From assembly GCA_047495785.1 (NCBI GenBank), contig JBLDXI010000046.1, positions 1,178,001 through 1,242,000 on the forward strand: a DNA stretch of 64,000 bases. Direction: 5' to 3'. Below, piece by piece: positions 10,334-22,859 of the stretch. The stretch's first letter is position 1. Each line of letters begins with the position of its first letter. The notes beneath the pieces are model-generated. The model worked only from the letters and a program-made list of their open reading frames with translations. It had not been told where the DNA came from and searched no databases. Made by a program: the position numbers and the translations under genes. Source of the stretch: Lepidodermella squamata (lineage: Eukaryota; Animalia; Gastrotricha).

Positions 10334-12660
10334 TCAAGATTTTACGCCATTTTCCTCTAGAAAAGCAAGAATCTGAAAATTATTGGCCTGTTTAGCGACG
10401 TCGTAGGGCGTCTTACTGAAGCGATTCTTTTCGCTGCTCAAAAATCGAGCATTTTTAAATATCAATTTAACACCAGCGAGCCACTCTTCATAAACAGCCG
10501 TATGCAAAATTGTGTTATCAAAGTAGGTCATATCGACGGCTTTCGCATTAGCGCCTTTCAGTAGCAAATATTTAACAGCAACAAGAGATTTGTTAATAAC
10601 AGCCGTAATTAAGGGGGTCCTCGAAAATTTATCCTTCGCCTCGATTAACGAGCCGAACTCCTCGACCAGCATCTTTAAAATCGCATCCGATGTCGTAATA
10701 GTTGCTGCGACGTGAATGGGGAACATTTTTTCGCCATTAGCATTAATCCAACCAATTAGCGACTTGTCATAGCTGAGTAAATATCGTACGATATTGCAGC
10801 GATTATTCGAAATGGCGAGAAACAACGCATTCGCCAACACATTTTTCATCTCGTCCAAATCCGCGAATTTCGAGAATAAACATTTCAAAACTCCGAGATG
10901 GCCACGTTGCGATGCCTGTTCCAATATCGTTAAATTATGATCATCGCGATCTTCGTGGAGTAGTATAATTTCATCGCAGTCGCGATTCTCGTCCTCGAGT
11001 AATTTTTCCAGAGCTTCTCGATCGCCAATTTTTACAGCAGAATGCAGTTTAAAAATATGAATTAAATCCTGAACATTTAACCAAAAATCAAGATTTAAAA
11101 TAAGGAAAATTTTTGTACGTAGGGTTCCAACACTGAACCTGAGGCTCCAGCCCTAAATTTTTCCAAAAACTGGTTTTCAAGTCTTACTCAGAATCTTAAT
11201 ATCGAATTTGAATCTGAATTTGCGCTATCGCCAATATCGATTCGAAGTATCGATTTTATACAAATCAGTGATTTTTTCGATAATCTGCAATCTTGAAATT
11301 CTTCTACCAACCTGATGGTACAGGTTAGCTAAAATCCTAAATTTAGAGCTGGAACCTCGAGCAAATATTTAGAACCCTAATCAAAGACAAACGTCATCAG
11401 TTTCCTCGGTTGTCTTGAGACTGGTCTCCCATTTCAGCTGGAAAGTTTTCAGCTTTTCTAGCTCGGCTATTAAATGAGCTTCGAGGGACTCGAATTTAAC
11501 AACAATTCGACCAGTATACCTCGATTGCTCATGCACCTAAAGCAATTAAAATATTGATTCCACCTTATTTCCCTCGAAATAAAGACCTTTGTGTAAATTG
11601 AGCTCAGAAGTATCCTCAAATCGGCAATATCATTGAGAGGGCAATCCAGGACTGATTTCGTAATAATCTGCTGAGCCGCATCAAGAGGGGACGAATCGAT
11701 TTGGAGAGCTAAATTCCTCTCGATCATTTGATGCCTTTTCCACGAAATTTCCAGAACTTGATTGCGCAGCGCATCTCTAGCGCTTCCAATAATATCATTG
11801 ACTCGGGCAACAAAAGACTCAAGAAACGAGTCAATCCCTGAATAAGCCACGATCATTTCTTGATCAATTTCTTTCCGGCAATTTGAAGCCTCATTTTCGT
11901 CTTTCAGGAATTGGACGCGATTTTTAACCTAAAAATAGCCAGTTATTTAATTCCTAGAATATGGCGAAATAATTAAAGACCTCAGCAGCTATTCGAATAA
12001 TTTCTTGCTTCATTTTCTCAGCGTGCCTGAATTGGCAACTCTCGCAGAATCGCTTTTGGCAATGATTGCATACAACAGCCGATCCACTTTCGATCAGCCA
12101 ATGGCTGCATGATTCATCGAACGAAGCCATCAACGGGTCACTCGGTGCCTTCTTTTCGCCAGGTTTCTCCGCCGATGAAGGCATAACAGCCTCCTTGAAT
12201 GAATCGACAGCTCGAGCTAGCGATATATTAACTTGAAACCCTAATCGAATGAAACTTTGAATTTTTCATGAATCTCATGAAAGACATATACCGTTGAGAC
12301 CTGCCGGGGGGACTTGATTAACAACGCGGCATTCAGGGCAACACATTTTTGACTTATCGGTTTGACTTGATAAAATAGTCCCGAGGCATTTAAAGCAAAA
12401 CGAGTGACCGCAGTTTGGCAAAGACCGGGGGTTCTCGTAGAAGCCCAAGCAAATCGAGCACGAAAAAGACTGAAATATCAAATCCGCAGGTAAATTCGAA
12501 ATCCTAAAAAACTCATCAACAAGTTTACCTTATGAACATCTGCTATCTTCGATACTTTAGCTGGAGGACCATCAGGAGACTGCGAGAGGAAATGGCAACG
12601 AGTATTGCCACTTTTCATAATCACTCGTAATATTTGATTTCTAACACAAATAACCAGCAT
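10334..12660 (-). CDS. TRIM-like E3 ligase, RING + B-box-like + coiled coil + ankyrin repeats (TRIM-ANK copy 2)
   Basis: Probable ATG CTG micro-exon at 12660, then SPDGPPAKVSKIADVHK exon, RING exon (CSIC..CGHSFCFKC..CPECR), B-box-like exon (CSH..CNHC..FCESC..H), coiled-coil exons, linker exon ending ..WETSLKTTEETDD, phase-0 intron, then ankyrin exon 10334-~11068 (DLIHIFKLHSAVKIGD.., TPLITAV, TILHTAV). Start is uncertain. Confidence 0.8.
11122..11377. mobile_element. Small MITE-like inverted-repeat element related to the 4650-6120 element
   Basis: Ends GGGTTC...GAACCC flanked by TA; internal inverted CTCCAGCCCTAAAT / ATTTAGAGCTGGAA motifs similar to the CCAGCACTAAAT motif at 4683-4716 and ~2245. 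Confidence 0.5.
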
Positions 12661-13171
12661 TGCATAAGTTTGACAACCGCGGCAAGAAAACCTTAAATAA
12701 TCTGTCTAAAACATCTGAATCGTTATCAAGATTCATGACAGTTCATTTTCTTTCAAATCTCATCACTTCAATGGAAAAATCAGGTCTTTTGCACAGATTT
12801 ATCGGAAGCACTTGAATCCAAGTTCAGCTTTCGATCGGAAATCAAATCGCAGAAAGATTATAGTCCGAATATGGTGACTTCCCATTCAATCCGATTGAAA
12901 AATTCAAACTGAGACTGAGAATAGGATAATCGCGATAAGACGACTAAAATCATCAATATTGGCCAACTCAGTGCTAAAAAATTATCAGTAGGTATCAATT
13001 TATTCACATTTTTTTAGATAATTCAAGGTTAGAAGTTTGAAAGCTTTACTATCGTAACAACGGATGGAGTTTTGTATGTTTTCCACATGCAATCACTAGA
13101 TTTATGTAGGCGAGATATTCATACATGGGAATACGTGTAAAAAAATGAAAGTTCGGAACGATAAATTGTCA

Positions 13172-15345
13172 CTACACCGAATTTTCATGCCGATGATGCT
13201 GGTGGCGGTTGCACTTGTGAACATGGTGGTGCTTCCTGATAACAAAAAGTGTATTCGATAGCTAACTTTAGTTTTACAGTCATACCCGTGTTTCTTCTCG
13301 AACTCTGCCAATCGCGCGTGCTTTGAACAGCAGTGACCATGTACCTTTGGCTTCTTCGGGTCCGAAAGGGCGCTGTTAGGAGTCTAGAAATCAACCGAAA
13401 AGGGTCATTTGCATTCATTGAAAACAGTAATGATTACCTGAAGAGGGCGTTTGAGAGTTTGAGGCGGTTGAGTACCAGATGTACCAGGAGTGTCCATTCG
13501 TGATTGTTTAATCTCTTGTTGCTTCAATTTCGCCTCCTTCTCCAGCTCTTTCACGATTGACTCGTCGGTTTTCGAAGGGTCAACCCATAGTGAGCATTTT
13601 GTACACTGTTTGCACGGTTTTCCTGGTTCGCGGAAGTGTTGACAGAAGTGATTGTAGCTGATCTAGGTTAACAATTTAGTCACTTATTATTCAGCCCTCG
13701 AGCAAATTTCAAAGAATCTGGTCGAAAATAAATGAAAAATTGTATTTACATTTGGAGTTCTGCAGACATAGCAGAGTGTACCGCCGCACGAACACTTCAT
13801 TTTGTTGCAGCCTTCTGATTTCACGATTCCAGTGTTGCACTTTGGGCACTTCCTAATTACAGCTTGCGTCATTTTTTCTTCAAACTGCCGACGAATTCGC
13901 GTTTCTTCGGTTTCACCAGAAACCTCGGCGCAGGTTTTTCCAGCGTGTTCTTTCCACGGCTCTTGACATTGCCGGCACGAGGTGTGTTCGCAGTTGTTGC
14001 AGGCTAGAACCTGGATTTCTGGGTCCAGCTGAAACTGGGCTTGGCATTTGGGGCATCGCACCAAGTCGGCAATCCCAGATACGTTAACATTGTACGAAGC
14101 GATCCGCTCCTCCAATTTCTTCAGCTGTTCCGCCGAAATGCAGCTCAAAGAAGCTCGTAAAATTGCTGCTTGACATTCATTTTCCATGCATTCTAGATAG
14201 CCACGCTTCACTCCGACTTCGATTTGATTCTTTACGTACTCGACCAAGCAAGGTTGACAAAATAGGTGACCCTCGGCACATTGAGTCATCAAGTCGAATT
14301 TAGCTTCAGTAAAACAACATTGGCATTCGATTCCATCACTTTGCTCACTGGTCGATGCAACAGCATCAGATGTGGATGGTACGTTAGATTCCGAAGAATT
14401 CGATTCGCCGTTGCTTGCTGGTCGATCATCAGGCGGCGTTGGAGGTAGGCGCGCGTTGTTGATGTCATTGATTTCTTGCAATAAGATGCGATCGGCTACT
14501 TGAATGCGTCGCGTTGGTCTAGCAGTTTGTAACAATCGGAAAATGGTACCATCTGATGCGAAATTAGTGAATAAAATCTCGCTAGATGGCAATATCAGCC
14601 CCTACCTTGGTGATGAATGATTCTGGAATGGCCGCTCCATTCCGTATTTAGCAGCGTTTTGCGCACCTCCCGAGGGTATAGAGGAGCTAATGGGTCGACT
14701 GTATCGAGATTAAAATCGCCCAAATGGCCTCGAATCGCATCGCGTAAATAATTTCGCGCATTCGTGTAAGTAACTTGTCTACCAAGAGCCGAGTCGATCG
14801 CGCCAACATAAAGCCATGGAAATTCATTTCTAAGCACAGCTTTAGCTTCGGGTCGATACGGCTATATATGAGCATACATTTCAAGCTGCTAATTTGATGT
14901 AAAAAAACTTTACATAGCTTCCGTAATAATAGGATGGAACTTTGGGGGCATCCCCCGATGCGATCTCTTCATTGGCATCGACGTCGGAATCGTCATCGGA
15001 GCCGTCGTCAGAATAATTGTGGGCCCGGCGGGTAGGTAAATCGCCAAAATCCACCTCCTCGTCTTCGTCACTATCTGGTTCATCCGGAGCGTGAACTTGG
15101 TCAAGTTCTGTTTCATTAGGTGCATTAGCTCGAGGATATGCTTCATTAAGTAACCGATCGAGAACAAGATTGGTGAATTGTTCATTCATTTCAACGGGAA
15201 TGTCAATGTTAGCTGGATCTTGAAACCGCAAGTCATCATCAATAACACCGAAATCAGCTGCCATAGCAACTACCAGACTCTTCAAGTATCGAGCATTACA
15301 GTCCGGCACTATCTCTTGTACGGCGAGATATATTCGTTCAGCCAT
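13172..15345 (-). CDS. RNF216: RBR (RING-IBR-RING2) E3 ubiquitin ligase, RNF216/TRIAD3-like
   Basis: RING1 CQCCF..CAEGHLFCQPCL, IBR (RCPKC..CNNC..CRQC..H..C), EEKMTQAVIRKCPKC..KSEGCNKMKCSCG..CYVCR, then YNHFCQHFREPGKPCKQCTKCSLWVDP, which is characteristic of RNF216; inferred His-rich last exon ending at 13172. Confidence 0.85.
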
Positions 15346-16701
15346 TTAAAAAGTGCAAAATATACTATTACGAAGATATCAACAGAAGTAATAACTGATA
15401 AAATTGCAGGAATTACTTGGACCGTGAATACCGAGTCGTCACGAACAAACCACCGATATAAGTATTAATACAGGCGAAGCCAGCGATCATCGATCATGCA
15501 ACATTCCGTTTTCAAAAATGTTGCCAAGTCAAAATCCCATCATTCAGCCATTAGGATCTAACTACTAACTGCTAAAAGTAAAATACTAAATTAGCTTCCG
15601 AGTTCAAATACTGAGGTAAGTATGTAGTAAGCACGGTAGACGGTATGTGACATGAAACAAGGAATTGCGCTCAGCGCTTTAAACTAGAAATTTAGAAATT
15701 CCGTCTGTAGCCTCCGAGGGCGTCTCAATTTTGGTTTACTAAGGCTACTCAGAAGCAGGTCCTGCAGTTGGTAATCCGCAGGCCGTCGACTCGTCCACTC
15801 GTCACCAACAACCAACAACCAACAACCAGCAACCAGCTAAAGCGGTAAGAGGTAAGAGGCTGACTTCAAAGAAAGTCGGAAAAGTTCGGCGCGCCAAAAA
15901 ATTGAAAAGGACACAAGTCATGGACAAATTGGTAACTATTTTAAAATACGAATTATCATCAAAATAAATTATGAAAAATATAATTGATAACATATACGTA
16001 GTCAAGCAGGTTTATTGGTAGCAGTGTGTTTTGAATTTTGCAGAAGTTTTTTCGTGTCGTGCGAGTCGTGTTGTCCTTAGTCTCTTTGGTCTCATGTCCT
16101 GCACTCTTCAACTGGACTTCAATGACTGGGATTAGGAATAGAGAATTGCCTGTTATTATTCTTATTAGGGCATGATGGGGGCCTGCCGTCCCACCGTCCA
16201 CACGTAAGAGATGAGTTAACAATTTGGTTGAACTCCGCGCGAGATCTTTCTGAGCTGCCCTACCCTTCTCTGGCTAAATGTCAGGGGTATAAAATTCTGG
16301 CGAAAGCTCTTGAAGTTAGGTCGAAATAGTCTTTGATGCGCGAGTGTAGTTGCAAAGAATGTGTTCATCAAAATGTGATTAATAAGCGAAAACGTGAAAA
16401 GCTCATGTAGGCTTTGCTTCCTCGAAATCGATGGCTTTGATGGCGGGTGTGATTGGGACGATAAAGATTTTTACGTAAATTTACGATTTCATGACTTCAA
16501 ACAAGGAATATAATTGCACATCAAATGACTTATTTATTTCTTAAAAAATGACCTGAACTGAAACGATGAAGGGTGAAAGTGTTATCTTGCAATATAATAT
16601 CGTACGTAATTATAATAATAAAATTCGTAATTATAATAAAATACGGGCATTTCTTACCATCCCGTGAGGCATTTTATTGCTAAATACATTGAGCTTGTGT
16701 G

Positions 16702-19345
16702 TTAAATAACAGTTGGTGAATAGCATTTGAGCCAGTCATCGTAAAACCAAATTGCAATGCACAACCGAAAAGCAACCACTAGAGGTATGGTGAAGACGGC
16801 AAATAGCGGCCAAATCACATTGCCAACGTCGAAAATTGCTGGCGAGAAAGAGTGAAACGTCGCCACAGCGTCGCCAATGCTCGAGGTGTGCAACTCGAAG
16901 GCAATTTCCAGCGCCCACGCGATTAGTGACGCTGTTAGAATGAACATAACCATCGAACGCCCAGGTTTTCGATTCAATTGCTTATCTGTCAAAGCAGTCC
17001 GACAATCAGCCAGCAATGCAACACATACCTTACGAAAGAACAAATCAATTTAAGAAATTGCTTCGAATATTGGACATACTTGAGCGATAGCCAAGAGTAT
17101 CGAAGAAACTGCACGACCTATCGCTAGCGATGAGGCAACTATAGACTGAATTGTAATCGTTGGCGATGACGTCAACACGTATACAGAATCTTGATCAGCG
17201 GATTTATGTGCTGTTGATCCGTCGTTCGAGGTACCCGGGCATACTAGGAAAAACACACCACCAGGCCTAGAGGTAGTCGTAGTGACAGATCGCTGCGTTG
17301 TAGTCGTCCCTGAAGTAATACCTCCATGCTGAGCAGCTGCGCTGCTCTTATGACCATACCAGTAATTTATGGAAGATTGAGCCAGTGAAGCTGAGTGAGC
17401 AATGATAATCGCCAGGTAGTAAATAATAGCAAATGCTAGTGTAACCAGGGTGACTAGACACCTAGCCGCGTTGTATTGATGTACCGACCGACGAGGATCG
17501 GGCGAAGAGTCACGATGCGGGACTCGATCCAACTTGTAAAGACCTCGCCAAGCTAATGGAACCGACAATATAACAACCGAATTGATCGCTATTTGCGCTG
17601 TGTAGTAAGCAAGTCGAACTGTCGAGCTCCTCATCGGATTACCCGGTTCGTTCGATTTCGTTATAGTCTCAGTGGTTGGTGATAAAAAGTGGGCAGCTAA
17701 AATCAACGACGCAAGGGCGAGGATTATAAACATGTTCACAAATATTCCTTTGTTTGAATGTCGGCAGTCGCAGGTGATGTCGCCTTGAGTTCCAAGGGAA
17801 CTGTAACGGTCGTTCAAAGCCGCGAGTCGAACGTCACCAATCGCATTGTCGTCATCATCGGTTTGTTCGGCACAAGTTGCGAAAAGGAGTCGCAGCAATG
17901 GAATACTGACCAGAATAAGAAAATGAGAAAATAATGGGTAGAGAAACGGAGCTGCTTCTGTTGAAGCCCGGCGTATTGTTGTTGAAGCATCGAAACACAG
18001 GTTGTACGAAGGATTTGTTGAGTTCAGCCCTGCTGAAGTTACGATCAGAGGCCGCGGAAGGGTTGAATTCACGGGGTAGTAATCAAATATAGCTGTTGCA
18101 GTCCTAAAATGAAACCGGCTTGTTTCTACCGAAAACATTTCGAACCAGGTCGCGAAATTTGTTGCCAATAAATGTATTAAAGCAAATCCAGAGGTCAACG
18201 GATAACGGCGAGAATAAATCTAAAGCGCAAATTTAGGAAAACTACCAGAACTATTTTGTCCCAACTTACGCGACCGTACTTGAAAACAAAGTAAGCTTGG
18301 ATTGGAATGAGGATGATCAATAGACCAAACTGCACGATCTCGATTTGCGGTGTTAGACATCGACTCGCTGATGCTGGCTGCTTGAAAGAATGTTTCTCAG
18401 CAGCGACAGCCAGCCGGAATACAGCGTATAGCATTGATGGGAACGATAAAGCTGATCAAAATATTACAAATTGCTTCATCAAGAGTCATCAGAATAAATT
18501 TCTTTTACCTATAACAAATAACTTTATAATTAGATTGCTTATTTCTGGCAGAACAAATAGCTGCTCGGTTGGGGATTTCAGGCCGCCAATAATTTGCGGA
18601 ACCGGGTGAGAATGCCTCGAATTTTCCGCCTCATCCGAGGTTCTTCTCCTCGGTTCCATAGCAATTGGAGTTGATGCCAAAAATGGCCACACCCGTTCAC
18701 GGCCTCGTAAAGAAGACAACAGCCCTGTAAGACGTGGGAATGGTTGCTGTTGACCATTATTCAATGTATTTCCATTGTGAATCGGGGGTAAGGTTGTTGA
18801 GGTCTGACCCGGAATTCGCGTGCTAAGCTGGCTCACTGGCAGTGACGTCGAATTATACGGCAAATTATTCGTTAAACCAGGCAGGGCATGAGCTCCGACG
18901 GGAATATGATGCCGAGGTGGTCTCGGAGGTGGCGGGGAAGGTCGCGATGCTCTCAACTCCTCTCTTTCCCCAATATTATCGGGCCTCTCTTGCATCGCAT
19001 GATGTTGGAAAGAAGAAACTGTTGATAACATAATATCATCGCTAATACCGTTTTTCTTTCGTTTTCCCTTCGAGTAAACCAGGGTGAAAAACAGGATTAA
19101 CATCAACAGAGAAACTGCGTAGATCGTAATATAAAATACCTGGGAAAAATCGAAAAATTAAGGTGGATTACTAGTTTTCGCGACATTCTTACATTTTTCA
19201 GCAGAAGTAATTCGTAACAGATCGTGCTTGAGCAAAGCGAGGCAACCCCACATAGAAGGATTGCCAGAGAACCGATGACTAGGGCGTAGGCAATTCGTAG
19301 CAGCGATGCTGCTAGTCGCGAATCAGAAGTCAATTGAAGCAGCAT
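16702..19345 (-). CDS. Divergent otopetrin-family multipass membrane protein
   Basis: Multi-exon hydrophobic protein with otopetrin hallmarks: IQAYFVFKY, FALIHLLATNFATW, APFLYP, DCRHSNKGIF, RKPGRSMVMF, W..FTIPL..R..W..Y. Start codon uncertain. Confidence 0.75.
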
Positions 19346-20738
19346 TATTTGAGTGATTTAAGACAGCATATCGTGAAATTCGCAATGCGTGTTTTGTAGT
19401 AACAATATTCGAGTAAACTTGCTCTCGTTTATTGGCGATGTGGCGGTGTGTATGTGCGAGGGGCGAGCAGGCAGGTAGCCGTCATTAGCATTCCGCTTTG
19501 GCACGCCGGTGGTTCCTCTCTCATCGCTGCGGTCCCACAAACAACTAGTGGACGCGCGTACACAACTAACGCAAAACTGCGCCTCGGATGAACCGGCGCG
19601 ACTTGAATTAACATTATGCAAAGCCGCAAAAGTAAATGAACCCACGTAGCGTATTTTCTAATGTTTCACTCCAATGTTCGCAAAAAATATCTATACCACT
19701 CCCTGTAAATGCTTGAGGCATCAAATTTTTTAGCAAATCAATTTCAGCAGATAACATTTATATCAACTGATTATGATAATTGCGATATTATTTCACGGGC
19801 TGCCCTTCCTCGAATCCGACCTTGAAAATTGTCCCGGTCGATAATAAATGTATCGCTCCCTGTCTCATTTGCATAAATTTGAGCGCAGATCAATTTGAGT
19901 CAGTTTGCTCAGCTGATGGAATTGCTATTTTTAATCTGAAAATTGAAATTTCGTTTTTCGATTTTTCCTGGGTTCGCATTCTGGTAGATGCCCCAGAATT
20001 TAGTTTTTGGTCCGAGGCTTTATAGAAAACAGGAGAAAACACGCTAAGAGTACTCCCAGTTCGGGTCGTAAATAATGCCAACAAATCTCGAAAATTCAGC
20101 ATAACATTTTTATTTTTAATATATCTCCCTTTCCAAAATTAAAATAAATTTCTATAACAAATATACCCACGTGTATGTTTTCGAGAAATAATGCAATTCA
20201 TAAATCTCCCAAAATTATTTGAATTTGCTTGAGCCTTGTTGAATAATTCTATAATGAATACTTCTATTTTCTATTTTTCAAACGAGAAAATTCAAAAATT
20301 TGATTTAATGCCCATTTCAGCTTTTTAATCGCCGCGATGCTATTCCATTAAAAAACTTGTATTCGATAAAAATGTTTTATTTTAATAAATACCAATGATA
20401 TTTTGCACGGTTACAGTAGTAAATAATGTTCGACAGCTTTCATGCAAAGATCTTGAAGCTAAATTATGAAATTCATCAGATCTCAACAACGGATCAGACC
20501 TCAATTGTTCACAACCACGAATGAGAAGTAGTCAATAGCTTCGTTTTTCACAACCATGTTTCCAGGCTTGGGCAATGAACAGATAAAATGTTTGATATTC
20601 GTAGTAGGTAATAATAACATGCTTGGTCATAAAGCGGCAAAACAAGTCGTAAAAAATTTGTAAAAAGTGCAACACAACCATTATTTGCTTAATATTATAG
20701 CTGGAAGCAACTTCCATTGTAGCAAGTTGATACATTTT

Positions 20739-21659
20739 TCAGACTGTATCCATGTCTTGATCGGTGTACCCTGGGTCCATGCCAGGAGCGGCATAACCCG
20801 GGGCGCCGTAACCCGGTTGCGGGTAGGGCTGATACTGCTGGACTGACATAGCCGGCATCAATTGCATTTGACTGCTGGCCATCGAATGGAAGTCGGTATA
20901 AGGACGCTCGGTATACAACTGGCGAATATCGTCTTGTCTCAGCGAGATGTAGCAAAACAGAGTCATTATCTACAATCAAAATTTCATTTATAAACAAAAA
21001 CTCAAAATAATCTAACAATTTTTTACCGTTCCGGCAGTTCGAAGAATCCAGAACAAAAACTCGACGCAATTAAAGGCAAGGCGCTAAAAATAGAATGTTT
21101 AATATAGAGTACCGCATTTTTAAGAATTAACTTACGCAAGTGTTGATTCCGTACCACGAGTACTGGTAAACTGAAATACCGATTTCGCCGACCATGTATC
21201 CAATCAAGCAGATTACGTACCACTTGGAATAATGGATACGAACATACAGAGGCTAAAATTTAACAGTACAATAATAAAACTGCTGCGTAAGTGTAACAAT
21301 TCTTACAAAATCTCCTCGAAGGTACCAAATGAAGAACGCCGTCATAATAATAATGATCGTATGGGTAACTAGCATCCAAATTGTGGTTGCCAGCCAGCCT
21401 TCCCAAACGTGCTGGCGCCATTCCGGCTTGAAACGTTGCGGAATTTCGAACGTATTTGTGTCTCGGTCGATTTCGTCATAAATCACGATTATCAACGCAA
21501 TAATTGAGGCGGCCTGGTAAAAAAATTCAGCATTTAATAGTAAAGAGACATGTATGTTTGACATACCAGCTGGAAAATCGCACAAGAAAATGCTCCGTCG
21601 GGCAAGTTCCAACACAACCATTTTCGAAAAATTGGTCTATCATTGCCCTTATAACCCAT
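20739..21659 (-). CDS. Small four-TM membrane protein, paralog A (LAPTM/tetraspan-like topology), Pro/Tyr/Gly-rich tail
   Basis: Exon 1 MGYKGNDRPIFRKWLCWNLPDGAFSCAIFQL; exon 2 ..IPQRFKPEWRQHVWEGWLATT..; last exon ..YPQPGYGAPGYAAPG..DTV*. Same exon structure as the adjacent paralog. Confidence 0.7.
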
Positions 21660-21962
21660 TTTCTAAATCTCTAAACAGGAAACCAAATAAAGTACAAATA
21701 ATTCATTTGATTTAAAATTGTAAATCGGCGCAAATCACCAGCATATGGATCAAAAAATTACCCTTAGATTGAAATCAAATTTTAGCAATTTAGCATTGTA
21801 TATAAATTTTGCAGCAAATATAATGCATTTTCACAACCATGAATAAAAGACCAGAGTCGTACTGACCAGCAAGCAAGAATGTAAAAAATTCGCAGCAGCA
21901 ACAGGCTAAACAAGTAATAAAAAAGATGTAAAAACGATAGCACCTCAGTATAATCTCTCAGT

Positions 21963-22859
21963 TCAAACAGCGTCGCTCTCTTGGTCCGACAGTCGTTGCT
22001 TTGCGACAGGAGAGTATGGCGTATTTTTGGCATCAGATATCTTTGGCATCAACTTCATCTCACCATATGCATCAGGATCTTCAACATCTTCTGACTCTAG
22101 TTCAGCGTTCCATTCACGAACCAACCAAATGTAGCAAAGTAAGGTCAACATCTATAACGATAATAGGTGTCTTAAACTTCGACGGTCCAATGACCAAATT
22201 AAATTTACCGTGCCGCAGGTACGCAGAATCCAGAACAAGAATTCGAAGCAATTGAACGCAAGGCGCTGATAGGAGCAAACAAATTATCAAGCGAAGGAGG
22301 GAAATCGCGAAACTTACGCAAGTATTTTTTCCGTACCAAGAATATTGAAAAATTGAGATGCCCGACTCGGCAACCATATGACATATCAAGCAGAACACGT
22401 ACCACTTTGAGTAGTGAATTCGAAAAAACACAGCCTAACGAATGCAGTTATAGCCACTGGACATAAAGGCTCAATAGCTACTTACAAAGTTTCCTTTGAG
22501 GTACCAGATGTAGAAAGATGTCATTATGACGATTATCACCCGAGTTAAAATTAGCCAAACGGTACAAGCCAGCCATCCTTCCCAAACATGCTGGCGCCAC
22601 TCCGGTTTGAAGCGTTGAGGGACCTCCATCGGCTTAGTGTACAAGTCAATTTCATCAAGAATGACAAATGCTAACGCAATGGTCGTAACAATCTGAAAAC
22701 CAATTCTTTATCTTTACCTGTGACATTCATTTAAAAGCTTACTAGCTGATATATAGCGCATGAAAATGCGCCGCTCTGTAAATTCCAACAGAGCCATCTG
22801 CGATGAACAGGCCTGCCTTTCCACAGCCATCGGAAACATCTATTCCATGGATCACACAT
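21963..22859 (-). CDS. Small four-TM membrane protein, paralog B (tandem duplicate)
   Basis: Exon 1 MCDPWNRCFRWLWKGRPVHRRWLCWNLQSGAFSCAIYQL; shares QRFKPEWRQHVWEGWLA and YGTE/SSFCSGF segments with paralog A; ends ..DQESDAV*. Confidence 0.7.
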
